DNA of 64,000 bases from Vicugna vicugna (Eukaryota): the NCBI GenBank assembly GCA_013265495.1, contig MU061579.1:544872-608871 (forward strand), given 5' to 3'. Positions 38,986-52,494 of the stretch are shown here, in pieces. The notes under the pieces were generated by a model. The model was not told the DNA's origin. It searched no databases and saw only the letters and a program-made list of their open reading frames with translations. A program made the translations under genes and the position numbers. Position 1 is the first letter of the stretch, and each line of letters starts with the position of its first letter.

Positions 38986-41900
38986 TTTGTTTTTCCCAAT
39001 GGAAAAACTTATCCATGTGAGTCCCAAGGTTGTATTATATGTCTAGTTATATGATTGACACAAGGTTTCATAATAACTGAAAATGTAAGTTGTTCTTTGC
39101 ATACACCTCTGAGGGACATATACAGGATTGTTACAGACCCACCCCATCCTACCCCACCTCATTCAAAAGATCAGGCAATGTTTGTCACCCTCAAAGGGGA
39201 GTAAAAAATATGTTCAAATTTTAAAATTTGTAAGAGAAAAATAATTTTTGCTTGAGGTGTGACTTCTAAAATATTGTGAGAATTTATTTCGTGGTAAACT
39301 ACATCAGAATTATTTCCTGAAAGTAAGAAAATGCCCGACAGCCCCTTTTCTTTATTTTCTTCCTTTTTTTTTTCATAGTCAGAGGAAAATCAGAAATTAT
39401 TTTGGTAGAGAGTACAAATTAGTACACAAATGAACACATGCCTGTTAAAATTTTCTAGAGATTCGTGAAGTGGTTGAAAACAGAAATTTAAAATTATAGG
39501 TAGTTCAGAGATAATCATGATGTTTGAAACATTTCCCTGCGTTTACGCATTCAAAGTATCCTAATTCTTTATAAACTAAGTTTAATTAATGTATGTATGT
39601 ATTTATTTCCTTCTTTCCTTCCTTTCTTTCTTTTTTTTTTTTCTCCCAGTGAATAAGCTGGGATTTTGTTAGGGTGACTTGCCCTGCAGTGGCTTCTTGA
39701 CCCCATGGACTACATGTCTATGATCTTGATGAGATGTATGGGACATTGACACCAACTAGCCAGAAATTCACCAGCCTTTTTTTTCTTTTTTGGCAAGGCA
39801 GGTAATGCAGATATGGGGAAGCAAAATTAAAGTACATAAAAGAAAAAAAAATAGGAATCTTGAGAAATTTGTATCGCTCCTTTGGACCTCAGTTTATACC
39901 CTTGTAAATTGAGGAAGAAAGGGCAATAGACTGAAATTAACATTTATTTACTGATTTCCTCACCTTTTTGTTCTTCATAATACCCAAATGAAAAGTTACT
40001 TTATCATTATTTCATTGAAACCGATTAAGAGAAATATTAAGTAACTTTTTCTTGATAAAGACACAAAAACATCAGAATCCTAATTTTACTCTATCTTGAG
40101 TCTTCATGTCTCCAATATTTATGTTTTTCTCCTTTTTATCTCATTATACAAAATAAGATTGCCTTTTACATAAAGTAAAAGAAACAAAAACCCCTCTCTT
40201 TTATGACAGAATTTTGAAGTTAAAAACCCATGTTTAAGATCTTAATGAGATAGAGCTTTGTAAACATTAATTCTGCTGTGTCCTTAGACTTCCAGAGAGA
40301 GATCTAATGGTGAGATTTGGTAAAGGATAGAAGTGAGTCTGAAGATAGAAGAAAAAGATGAGTAGGCACTTAGAAGAAGGCAGAGTGAAGAAAAGATGGA
40401 GATAGCAACCAAAAACGGACCTCTACTAATTTTGGAAATTATAGAGAACTCTTTTTTAAGAACTGGACTAGCTAATATTTCAATGATTAAATTGTAAAGT
40501 CACCTTTGTCTCTTTATATCTTCCTGAACATTTAATAAACATTATTGCATGGAAGATTTTGCTTCATGCAAGGTGATTTTCTGTTTTCAATTTCTTGGTT
40601 ACTGGACTTCACTTTATATAATAAATATACTCAGTACAAAGTGTGATGGCCTTGGGCACACTTAAGTCATTTGTGTTTTCCAGACCACTTGTTTCTATGA
40701 TTAAATATAAACAATAATATTCACAAAAAGTACTTCACTGGCTCTATTTCTATCTTTTGTAGGAATTCAATTCAACATCAGATTTGTCAAAAAAGTTTTG
40801 GTAATCTACCAGAGAGTCTGAACAGTGTAGATGGAAAGCCCTGAGCTATTTCTGGTATCTTCCACAGCTTTGCCCTATGTCAGAGCCAAACTGTCACTTT
40901 GACGCTGCTGACCAATGTGGACACTGCTCCCATTGGTGCCTGGCAATGACAACCAAGCCAAATTAGTTGCTTTTGAGAGTCTGCTGATATTGGCTTTCCA
41001 ACTGCTCATCAGCAATATTGAGCACATAAGTGTCATCATATTCATCACGACTCCCACACACATCCCTTCCATTCTTAACGGAACGTTTAGCACCAAAATG
41101 ACTTAACACTTAACACATAGAGTTTTCATTATACCAAGAGCCTTACAGCAAAACATAATTATTTCCAGTTAAAAGCTTCCTACTCTGTCATCTTAGGACT
41201 CAATCATGGGTGATGTGCCTCAGGACAGCCTGAGTAAGACCCTCCATACTGTCCTCAAATTGATTAGCAGGCAGGCCTGCAAATTTTGACTAATCATCTT
41301 GGCCTATTGTTTTCCAACAAAATGTGTTCAGCTCAAGAACAGTGCATAATTTCTCTGGAGAATCATTAATTATATATGTAAATGAAACTCACGGTGAAAG
41401 TATCTACTAGTAAATTCCCAGAGAGTCCTGGATTCTGTGGATAACCCCAGGTCCCTGCAAAAGAAAAAAAAAAGAAAAGCAATTCAACTCAGGGAGAAAT
41501 CACGATGTTGAGAGCACTTAAAAACAGCTTCCTGACAGGGATGAGGTGATGCTGTGAATAATTGGAAGCGGACACTCTCTAATCCTCAAACATTCTCTAC
41601 TGCCTTTTTCCATTACTCACCCACAGCTCACTTCACCATTTTGGTTAAAAATCATTATGTTTATTTTGATTTAAATGAAATTTGTTTAGCTATAATGAGT
41701 TATAATGATATAAAATATAACCACATTAAATTGCACATTTAATAAATTGTGTGAAATTAGTAAATTGTGTGAAATCAAGTGAATTGAAAAGATCAGAATC
41801 TAAGATCATGCTACGTAGTTTGGCTATGCCCCTGAAAAGTCTGTTGGATGAGCTATTGAAATTTTACATGTCTCTTAAATAAAATAATTAAGTACTCTTT

Positions 41901-42349
41901 AGTAGGTTAATTAAATAAAATAAGACAACTTTGCCGGAACTTGAAGACGGAAACTATGTCTACAGACTCAGGGAGAGAAGCAGGTTGTATTTCTTGTATA
42001 ACCTCTTTTTTAGATGATAAGTATTGTTTTGGAAAGCATACTGCTTTTGTGTTATCACTTATCATAAATTTTCATTCCAAATGTGCCAGTAGGATACTTA
42101 AAAACAAGATAACGAGTAAGAACTAGCAAAATATTGAATGTATAGTATATATTAGGTAATAGATCATATTTGGTGAATTATTAACTGAGTGTAGAAAATT
42201 ACTAATTTTTGAGCACCAGGATGTTTTGGCACAGTATCTTGGTGATTATGGGGTCCTTATTTAAACTCCATATTGACGAAGAGGAAGCACAGCTCAGAGA
42301 GTTACCAGTAGAGCTGGTTTTTGGATGCAGCACAATTGGACCCTAAACT

Positions 42350-42578
42350 TTGTTAATAAAGCCAGGGTTGCTACATAAGCTGCACTGGGATCATTTGCCG
42401 TGTGACCTTAGACAAGCTACCTAAAATCTGGGCCTTAATTTTTCTCTCTGTGAAGTGCAAATGAAAACACCACTTATTTCATACAAAAGTTTTGAAGATG
42501 AACTTGACCCCTTACATGTATAAAATACTTAGAATAATGTATGGCTCTTTGAAAGCACTCAGCATCAGCTATTATTAT
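42350..42578 (+). mobile_element. MIR SINE
   Basis: gccgtgtgaccttagacaagctacctaaaatctgggccttaattttt...catgtataaaatacttagaataatg...gctattattatt. Confidence 0.75.
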
Positions 42579-43359
42579 TCTACAGGTATAAGTGATAATT
42601 CAAGGTTAACAAATATTTATAAAATAGCTTTTATCTCCCTTTTTTCCTTCTTTCACACCTTCTTATTTCTTTCAAATACACTAATATCCAAGATATTTTA
42701 TTAATAATAACTACAACTCTATTCCACACTGTAACACTACTTTGTATATTTTGTATACTTTTTTTTCCAATAAAAATCTCATATGGTCTTATCTTTGGCA
42801 AGTGTGCCTTAAGCCGCTGCCTTTCGATATACTGTTATTATCTGAAATAGCTATTGTTATTTTTGTTATTTCATAGAAAAAAAAAAGTCTCAATGATACT
42901 AAAGACCATACATAAAGTTATACAATTAATAAGTGGTAGACCCAAGGTCACTGAGAGAGAAAACCACATTAAATAAGCCAAGTAAATACATTTTTGTATG
43001 TCTCAAAGATCAGTCTTACTTGCTTTCTAGCTTGCCTGCTATCTTAGATTGTGAATGTCTTGAAATTCCAGACCATTTCCTATGTCTTCAGAGTTGAAAC
43101 ACTATGTTGGTCCCAATATGGAATTAAATATATTTTATATATTTTATATATATACACATATATATTTGTTATCTATGTATTACAGAGTATTTATATATGA
43201 TCATATATATTTGTACATGTTACATATTATATATTCATATATTTTATATAAATCCATAATACAGGTATCCTTTCTATACAGATACAGGTATAGATATGTG
43301 TGTGTGCACAGTATACATATATGTAAATCACATGAATAGTAAAGTAGTAGTCATTTGAA

Positions 43360-43750
43360 TGTCACAAATCAGATCATGTCATTTTCATAAAAACCTCTCC
43401 AATCTCACTTAGTGGAACTTCTGATCACACTCAGAATGAAACCCACAGTCTTTGTCCTGGACTGAAGCTTGTACAGCACCCGGCCCCTGAGGACCACTCC
43501 GAATGCATCTGCTCCTGCCATCTGCTGCTGCTGCCTCTCTGAGTCTGCCCCAGCCATGCTGTCTCAGGCTGTCACTTTCCAGTGCTGAGTGTCCTTCTGC
43601 TTTAGGGCTTTTGCACTGCTGTTCTCTCTGTCTTGAGCCCCGTACCTGATTTTTCAGGTGGCCCACTCCCACAATTCATTTTGTCTTCACATTTATTGGG
43701 TAATTAATAGGTCTCCTCTAAACATTTTAAGTGAATTACCTTATTTAAAA
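43360..43750 (+). mobile_element. L2 fragment
   Basis: aaatcagatcatgtcatt...aaaacctctccaa...cactcagaatgaaacccacagtc...agggcttttgcactgctgttctctctgtc. Confidence 0.7.
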
Positions 43751-43787
43751 CAGTTTGTTATCTGTTTGGTGACATGGGTTAAGAATA

Positions 43788-44080
43788 ATGAGAAAGACAA
43801 ACACTGCATGGTATATGTGGAATCTTAAAAGACAAAAGTCAATTCCATACAGAGAGCAGGAAAGTGGTGCCAGGGGCTGGGGGTTGGGGAAAATAAGGAG
43901 AGGTTGGTAAAAGCATACAAACTTTCAGTTATAAGATGAGTAAGTTCTGAGGATCCAATGACCATTAGTTAATAACACTACACCATATATTTGAAGTTTG
44001 CTAAGAGAGTAGAACTTTAATGTCCTCACCCTTCCCACCCTCCCCAAAAAAGAAAAACAAAAATAGAGAGACTGTGTAAG
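43788..44080 (+). mobile_element. L1MA-type 3' UTR fragment
   Basis: gaaaagacaaacactgcatgg...ccaggggctgggggttggg...tacaaactttcagttataagatgagtaagttctgaggat...gtttgctaagagagtaga. Confidence 0.88.
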
Positions 44081-44195
44081 AATACAAGTGCAAAATGAAG
44101 ATCTCATCCAATGCTAACACAATATCAAAGCAACTAATGGATTGGGTTAAAAACAAAAATTTAGATGTGTTATTGAGTTAAGCTTCCCATTCCTT

Positions 44196-44198
<3 letters not shown>

Positions 44199-44226
<28 letters not shown>
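44199..44226. repeat. (AC)14 microsatellite
   Basis: Read directly. Confidence 0.96.
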
Positions 44227-44899
44227 CACCCCCCTCAAGCTGTGTTATTTGAAGAAATGTGTATTGACTCTTCCAGGAGAATGACAAAGACACATGGAGG
44301 TCAGAGGCTCTCAACAGGAGAGGCAGTTCTAGGGAACAGAAGTCGATTATATAAACTATCAATTGATTATGAAGCCAAAGTAAATGTCAGTCCCCTTATA
44401 TACCTTTGAGAAAAGGATGCTGAGATATACAATAACAGCACAGTGGTTGGCCAAGTTCTCCAAACTCTGACAAAACAAGCGCCCATATGTAGCTCCTTAA
44501 TGTGCAGCATAATGAGACATAAAACAGTGAAATCAGGCATTTTGTTCTGAATAACCAAAGTCATCATTCATTGAAAAGGACATATGTGTATCCAAGATGG
44601 GGTCTTAAACTATAGTAAAACCTTCAATTTATCACCATCACCTTCCATTTAATGTTTCCAACTTCTTTGGCCACGTCAAGGAAACTTGGGGCAGGATAGA
44701 AAGCCTTGGAGGGAGGGATTCACTGGAATTAAAAACTCAGTTTAATGCTAGTCCCTTTTGCTCTGTGGATCTTTGCTTTAGCTATTTATACTTGAGGGAA
44801 CAAATCACTGAGAATTTTGATTCTGTGTACTGGGGGTGGTATTAATTTATTTCCATCTGCATAGGATTCAAGAGAAAAAAATTTTAATGAGCTCTGCAC

Positions 44900-45080
44900 A
44901 AGTTTTTTAACCAGACAAATTTGGGTTCAAATCCCAACCTGGCGGTGTTATCATCAGAAAGTTGTCACATTTCTCGGTTTACTCCTCTCAAAAGAAAATG
45001 ATAACTACTTCATGGAGATCATCGAATGGGAAAGTTATTAGAAACTCTGTTGTAGGTCATGGTAGAGTAGATATTCAATG
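44900..45080 (+). mobile_element. MIR SINE (degraded)
   Basis: ccagacaaatttgggttcaaatcccaacc...aaaatgataactacttcatggag. Confidence 0.6.
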
Positions 45081-45359
45081 CTTCTTCCCTCCATAAGAAG
45101 ACAAAGTGGCCACTTTGCACTGTACAACCGTATAGAATGTACCAGCCTCTTAAATCATTCTTTATACATTCCCTAAACGGTGATTATGTCCAAATATTTA
45201 CAATGGGGGTTTCCGAGGACTTTCTTGATTCTTGAGGAGCCAAGTGCAGGGGAAACTGCATCAGTTTCTGTCTGTTACTCAATTGATGCCCTCTAGTTCC
45301 CTGGCTTTCCTCCCATCGCTCCTGAAGTCTCTCGGCATCCGCAGCCCTGCTCTAACCCT

Positions 45360-46610
45360 TCACTGGGTTAGACTGAGCTATTCATTTAACATCTAATTGA
45401 GTCATTGGACAGTATCTCTGACATTGCCACAAAGGACAACTGATCGACCTGCACACCCCATGCCCGCCATCCCTTTGCAAATCTATCCGCCTCTGTAATT
45501 GACACCATTTCCATCCAGTTGCTCAGCCTAAAAGCTGAGGAGGATGCACGAGCTTGCTGGTTTCACTTCTTTGTGATGGTAAGTTCACTCAGGTTTCCCT
45601 TAAAAATGATATCCCCAAACAACCATTTCTTCCCATTTCCTCTGCTAAAGCTACGACCGTCTCTCACCTAGACTAACATTAGAGTCTCCTAATAGGTTTT
45701 CCTGCCTTGACTCTTTAGCTCCCTTAATGCACATTCTCTGCCAAAGATTCTGACAAAGACCCTTCTAACCGAACTAAGCAGTCTCTTCTGAGCCCTGTTT
45801 CAGACTGAGTCTCATCCCTGGCCTGTCCTTGGCCTGCTGAAGCCAGTTTTAGCAAAGAACCTTGATAAGTCAGCTGAACAAGAATGCCTGCCCTTGGTAC
45901 CTGAACACTCTTGATATCTGATCGAGTTCGCCATCCCCCACTTTGACATGTAAGACCTTGGCGGGTCTTTGGCAAGAATCTCCTTATTCTTGAGGTCTCC
46001 TCTTAGTGATTTTCCTCCCACTGACTTTCTCACTTGGCTTGTTGGCTCTTAACCCCCAGCTGTCTTTGCTGTATTTGGAATTGAGCTCAGTTGTATTATG
46101 GCAGAAGCCTCCTCCTCCAACTGTGGCAGTTACTGAATGAAATTGGTCTTTACTGCGTTAGTGTCCAGATGTTTTTCTCTTGGAGATTAGTTACCTTTCT
46201 TCAGAAAGTAGTCACACTTTATAAACTATGACTCACTTCTTGTTATTTCCCAATGAATTAGAATGAAATCCTATATTCTTTGCCAGTCTTCAAGATATTA
46301 CATAATCTGAACCTCTCTGATTTTTCTTCTGCTTTCTTCCCTCTTTTTCCTTAGATTTTTCATATAGCTGCATCTTTCTCAGCAGTTAGGATGTTGTTTA
46401 AATGCCAATTTTCTCAGAAGGGCTTCAGTGAATTCCCTACCCCAAGTCACATCCCCTCAGTCCCATCACTATGTCATTATTCTGTTTATTTTCTTTGTTG
46501 CCCCTCCCAGTGTTTAAAATGTTCTTCTTATTAATTTATGTGATTATTGTCTGAGTCCTTGCAGTGAAACAGAGCCAGGCTTTTGATGCGTGCTGAGTAA
46601 ATATTTTTCA
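45360..46610 (+). mobile_element. L2 fragment split by the MER31-like LTR
   Basis: caccatttccatccagttgctcagcctaaaa...ctctcacctagactaaca..agtctcctaataggt before the LTR; tagaatgaaatcc...tctgtttattttctttg after it. Confidence 0.65.
45751..46185 (+). mobile_element. ERV1 solo LTR (MER31-like)
   Basis: tgacaaagac...ctgagccct...cctgtccttggc..gccagttttagcaaagaacct...cttgatatctgatcgagtt...ggaattgagctcagt, matching recalled MER31. Confidence 0.78.
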
Positions 46611-47975
46611 CTAGCTATCTGCCTGCCTGCTTGTTTGTCCTATAGAACCAGGAGGTAAGAATCATAAACGCAAAATAACATAAAAAATAAAGAAAACACA
46701 CTACAACCTAGGGGGAAAAAAAAGCATGTTTTGCTGTTCAATAATGAAAACAGTTTTTCAAAAGTTTCCATCAGGAGCCATCCTATTGGAAATGAATAAA
46801 TAATATAGAGAGCAGGATACACACATTCTTAATTTTAGACCAAAAGCTTGACTAACCTCTTAAAATCCTTAATGTTCTAGTTGAAAAATCACCTCAGGGG
46901 GCAATTAGAGGATATACTCATTAAACCAATCATACAAAGGCTGTGCAGCCTGGGTGAAAGAGGTTAGGCCGGACCATTAAGAAGTAACCTGGAAAACCAG
47001 TCATTTGAACGACTTTGCCTCGGAGGGTACCTCACAGCAAGCAGACACCAGGCAACTGCATTTGGTTTCAAGTTCAAAGTTACAGAGTACAAAGGATAAA
47101 GGAACTCTGCCCTCCCTTCTTATTTAACTAGTTTTAATTTGAACTTCAGTATGGAAGTTGGGTGACAAAGAAGTACATCCTACAGACTTGACAAAATGCT
47201 GAGTTTATTTAAGTTGCATAAGGTATTTAAAATGGGTCCGTAGCTTAGGAACAAGGGTAAGATCTCCTCCACCTCTCCCATCAATAATAGCCCAAAGTGA
47301 CCAGAAACTTTGGTGTTTGGTGGCTAAAGCTGAGCCCTTCAATCATAAAACTGATGTCCCCTTTTTATATAATTGTCTCTGGTACATCTGGAGAAGGAAA
47401 ATCAGGCTTAAGAAACTAAGAGAGACATAGGCATGATGGAGACCTACAATACAGACAAAAAATGATTTATCTTTTTATCTTGCGAACAAGACCTATAGCA
47501 AAGTAGAGATCCAAAACCTTATACAGAGCCATCATGAAGATGGATCAGACGTCAGAAAAAAAAAAAGTTCATTTCTCCATGCCTTTCTAACCTCTGCCAC
47601 CAGTTTCAGAATTAAATTGCTCTTTTCTTTTTGAGTTAGTAATTTGTCTCTTTGATTTCTCAGTTATTGAGAAAACAACAAAATATCATGTCTGCTGAAA
47701 CTCAGGCAGAACTTCTTCCTTTTCTGAAAGAAAGGAGACACCTCCATGGGCCAGGTCTGGAGACAGTCCTGAGAAATAACATATTGAGTCATTCTCTGGG
47801 GCTGGGTGACCCAATCAATAGCACTGATAGTTTTTCCACTTATAAGCTTGGACTTCCTCACCTAGGACTTAGAGGCTTAATAAATCTGTGGTCTGTTTCA
47901 AACAAGGCTTCAACTGACAAAGGTAAGAATAAGAGGGATGGAGATAAATCATGATTCTTTTCTTCCAAAATTATT

Positions 47976-48120
47976 ATTTTATTTTATATTTTGGTGGAGG
48001 GATGTAATTAGGTTTATTTATTTACTTATTATTTTTAGAGGAGGTGCTGGGGATTGAACCTGAGACCTCATGCATGCCGAGCATGTGCTCTATCACTTGA
48101 GCTATAATATACCTCCCCCT
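47976..48120 (-). mobile_element. tRNA-derived SINE, camelid Vic-1-like
   Basis: Minus strand reads gggggaggtat..TAGCTCAAGTGAtagagcacatgctcggcatgcatgaggtctcaGGTTCAATCCCcagcacctcc (A box, B box), then aataaacctaattac and an A-rich tail; TSD caaaattatt (47966) / caaaattact (48121). Confidence 0.88.
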
Positions 48121-48599
48121 CAAAATTACTTTTTGTCACCTAGGGTAAGATTTCAATCTAATTTTTTAAAACTATATCTGGTTAATATTTACGGCCTTTA
48201 AGAAGACAACGTTCTTTTAGGAGAATGAGATAGCGACATGAGCTCTATCTCTGGCTCTGTTTTTAAATCTTGAGCGTATGACTTTGGGCATTCCTTGAGA
48301 CTGATGAGCCAGTGCATTGACTAGCCAACGCAATTCACATTGTTGAAGTCAACATAAGCAGAAACTCCTGAAGTTGTGCAGTCCTGGCTCTAAATACCTG
48401 AATCCAGTGGACCTGGTCATCTCAACATCTATGACAGTCACTAACAGAGAGAGGACTTGGAACTCGATAATTTCTAAGCTCCTAAACAGCTGTAAAACCA
48501 TGTGGTTCTTTCTGCTTCTTCGGCGCTTTACAAAATTAGCAAGATCTCTCAGCAAAAGGGTTCCCAAGGGTTCTCAAAGAGAGTCTAGACTTTGAGAAT

Positions 48600-48990
48600 T
48601 CATTGCTTGAATTTTGGAAAACGCTCAGCCACTGTCTTTTTGAATATTACCTCCTCATTATGATGTTTTCTTTCTTCTAAAAGCTCAATTACTTTTACGT
48701 TGAAACTTTTTAGCCATTCTCACATCTCATGTTCTGTGTAATAGTTCCCATCTCTGTACTATACTCTATTTACTTTATTTAGATTGAAAAACTTGTTTAC
48801 CAATTTTTTCTGCTGTGAGTTTTTATTGGTTTAGCATTCAAATATGTAGTTTAAAATCAATTTATTTTTCTTTCCTAGGATTTGAGTTTATTTTTGTTTG
48901 TCTTTTAATATTGCTCTATTTTTATGTCTCTTGTTTTATGGAATCTTAGTAGCTATTTTTATTTACTTAAACATAGACATCATTATGCCA
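48600..48990 (-). mobile_element. Old L1M fragment
   Basis: aattttggaaaacgctcagccactgtctttttgaatattacctcc followed by T-rich antisense L1-like sequence. Confidence 0.55.
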
Positions 48991-49149
48991 TGTGTTTGGG
49001 CTCCAAATTAAAAAACAGATCACACTAGGAAAAATATTTTTTATGTATCTCTTGAAGGATTAGCATTGAGAAATTACTCCTAAAATTCCTAAGAAATCAA
49101 GCCAATAAAAGTGATGGTAATGACATGGATGGCAGAATATATTTTTAAA

Positions 49150-50330
49150 AGTTTAAACTGCAGTAATAAACAGGGAAATAAAAATTAAAACTACAATGAG
49201 ATGACTATAAATCCAATAGATCGGTAAAAATTTTAATTGTCTGATAATACCAAATGTTTTCAAATATGTGATGTAATGGGAACTGTGATGTCAGTACTGA
49301 TAGAAGTAACATAATTAAAAACAATTTGTAAAATTACTTGTTATCTTTTGTAAAGTTCTACATTTCAAATTATATAATTTACCTATCTGTTTGATTGAAC
49401 GTACACACTTTACAGAAACTCTTGCACATGGACACCAGCAGACAAACACAGTAATGATTGAGTTTGTAACAGCAAAACAAATGAAAATCTAACCCAAATG
49501 TTCAACTGTTACCTGAAAACTGAGTTCACCTCTTGATGGTTGTTGACCCAAAAGACACAACCAAGCCAAAGAGTGGGAGAAGGAAGGATTTATTACTTGC
49601 AGCAAGTGAGGAGAACATGGGTGATCTTTTCCAAAGCAGTGTCTCCCCAGTAACAAAACTGGGGAAGTTCTAAGCTAAGGGTACATGCATATTCATGAAA
49701 GGGCTTGGATGATGTCATAGAATTTGGGCAAAGGTCAACAGAGTCCAAGCTTTAGTTGACTGACATCACAAGGCTCAGAAAAGGTCACAATCATTATCTT
49801 TTAGGTTCCAATTGATCTGGTGGTTGAACGCTTCAGGTTAATCTTTCTGACTGAAACAGAATTGGGAGTCTTTACAACTAATATCTTTGCTGTTGCTACT
49901 TCTCTTACCTGATAACAGTCATTTATTCCTACATTCCTTGTCCCTTCAAGACCATTAATTATTGAGACCTGTTCAAGGACAGGATTATTCAAGGATAAGC
50001 ATTGTGGCCAAGTTTAGATACAAAATGGCTTAGGTCAAAATGACTTCTCTTATGTCAAGAAAGCCATGCCCAGTTCTCTTTCTCCAGGGACCCACTACCC
50101 TGTCTGCTTCTAAAACAAGAGAATGAATAAATACACTACAGTAGATTAAAAAAGTTGAAAATTAAGTGGTATTACACACATGATAGATGACTATTAGAAT
50201 AAGTCATATTTTTGCTATTAAAAAAGGAGATCATAGAAAAACAAACAGAACTAAAAGTGATATTTATGGATATATATATATACCATATATATATATGGTA
50301 AAGATGTAAAAAACAAAATAAAAGAATAAT
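49150..50330 (+). mobile_element. Old L1M 3' fragment interrupted by an LTR
   Basis: aaattaaaactacaatgagat...tctgataataccaaatg...agaaactcttgcacatg...aacccaaatgttcaac [LTR] aagagaatgaataaat. Confidence 0.75.
49507..50112 (-). mobile_element. ERV1-type solo LTR nested in L1M
   Basis: Starts TGTTACC; gaaggaaggatttattacttgcagcaagtgaggaga; near-TSD caac/aaac; host L1 resumes in register. Confidence 0.82.
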
Positions 50331-50403
50331 TTAAAAAATAAGCTTAAATCAGTATTCCATGTTGTCTTTAAGAGAACAGCTAAGGTTATCGGGGATAGAC
50401 AGG

Positions 50404-50792
50404 TGTTAAAAAAATTCAACTGAATAAATTAAAGATCTAATTGACTTTATTCAGTGATTTATGAATTGGGCAGCATCCCATCTGGCAAATATAAAGGGGC
50501 TCCAAGAAGTGTACATAGTGAAGGATTTTTTCAGGTAAGAAAAGCTGGGACAAAGAAGTTACTAGCAAAGAGTGGGTTATTATAGGCAAGGTCACCTTCT
50601 TTTGGCAAAAGGCAGGGGACTGTCCGGCAGATTATCTCACTAGTGCTAATCAGGTAATTCCAGATGGACTGGTTTAAAATTCCACTTCTGGGACAGGTTG
50701 AAACTATAATTAAGCTAGGTATTATTTCTCAGTTTGGTGATGTGAGCTTAGCACAAGTGACACCATTTCAAGCCTGTTGACTTTTTTTAACA
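50404..50792 (-). mobile_element. ERV1 solo LTR (MER67-like)
   Basis: TGTTAAAAAA...TTTTTTAACA inverted termini; tttatt at ~50445; near-TSD cagg/catg. Confidence 0.78.
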
Positions 50793-52494
50793 CATGGAAC
50801 TACAAGTTTATATAATAATTGTTACTTTGATTTCTGAGTCTACAAGTGTTAATTTTATTGTTGTGCTTAATTTAGGTTACATACTTTATATGTATTAATT
50901 AATCTAAGTTGAAGTATAGTTTTTAAGTCCAATTTTAAGTTAATATACACCAGTCTGTTAACTCAGTTTAGTTCTAAGGTTGGGGGCTTGTTAGATTATA
51001 AAGGATCTTCATTTGATATATATATTATTAATCGTCTTTACCTTTGCACATATGTGTTATTTGATAGCTGATGATACTTTCCAACAGAGAATATTGTCTG
51101 ATGCAACCATTCCTTAGAGAATAAAGGAATGGGAGAACCATGTACACTATCTGCACCCCAGACATGTTAATTTCTAGACTTTCCCTCAAATCAAGACCAC
51201 ACCCACATTTCAAGTCTTCCTTCTTTGGATATGTTATGAAATTGTCCCCAGGTCTCAGGAGGAAAATCAAACACATTTCTACTTTGAGGTGTTTCAAAAT
51301 GAAGGAAAAAAAAGATTAATGTATTTTTCAGTGAAAAAGATGCTAGCATTTTCTGAAAAACAGTTACCAGAAAGTTGTCATAAAAATGGATGCTCCATTG
51401 CTCTCTAAAAGTATTCAATTACAATGTTGTTTTAAGTACCTAATATGTCAGATTAACTAAAACCCAGTTTTTCCTTAAGCTACATTTTTTTCCCCCTTGA
51501 ATTGCTCTTTCAAGGCATCCAATAAACAAGGCAGGCTTTCTTTAATTACTGAAGTCTAGTTATGAAAGGAGAATGATCAGAGGAAAGGAGGTTGTAGTTG
51601 GCTTTCACTGTTCTTTTGTTATCTCTTCTGTTTCCTGCTGTGATACAAATGATTCTCTTTAGCTTGCTGACAGTGGCATTTGCTTTGGGCTAAAAAAAAA
51701 AAAGCCTCAGAACACCAGCTAGAAAAATGAATGTTTGTTATTTCAACAAATTGCAACATCTTCAAAATCCAACATTTGTCCTTATCACACAGTTGTAATA
51801 ATATGAACAATGTAGCCTATCCCTCTGTTATGGAATAGCCTTAGTGCTCAGCTTCTGGGATGAAGTCAAAGATACATCATCAAGAACACCATGGTGTGAA
51901 GTTTGAAACAATTAAATTAACTGGGATTAAGCTTAAACGCATAATAAAATCATCTTTGAAATCATTTAGCAATCCTTAGGTCATTCCCTCTTATTCTTTG
52001 GAAATGGTATCTCCTGGATTAATGTCACTGTCCCTGACACTGCTTCTGTCATAATTCTAGCTTTTATCAATACCTAGATTTATGCTCATTCTTACACTCT
52101 CTTCTCTTAGGTTTTTCTTATTCACTCTACCTCAACTTCAGTAACACTAAGGTCATGATCTAAGTTTTGTTATTACAAATATTGCATCTTTCCATAATTC
52201 CAATATCAAGTATTCCATTCTCCACCACAGACTCCTCTCTCTCTCGACTCTCTGACTCTGAAACCTAACTCCCACAATGCTTTGACCCTATGTCGCTTAA
52301 TTTTTCTCCCATTCACTATCGCTCACTGATGTTCTTACTTCCTTTCTCACAGAGCTTAAATTTCATGGTTAATCATCATAAATCTTCCCATACATACACT
52401 CTGAGGAATGTTGCCTCCCTTGCTTTGTTGTAATGTCTTAGCAAGACTCCAAATCTGGTTAAAACTAAACTCATGTTTTAACTTGTATCCTTAC

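Noticed and set aside
43125..43330. Tyr/Ile-rich ORF 43082-43339
   Set aside because: Translation of degenerate (TA)n low-complexity sequence.
48040..48120. tRNA gene on the minus strand
   Set aside because: The tRNA-like head is followed by a SINE body, A-rich tail and TSD, so it is a SINE.
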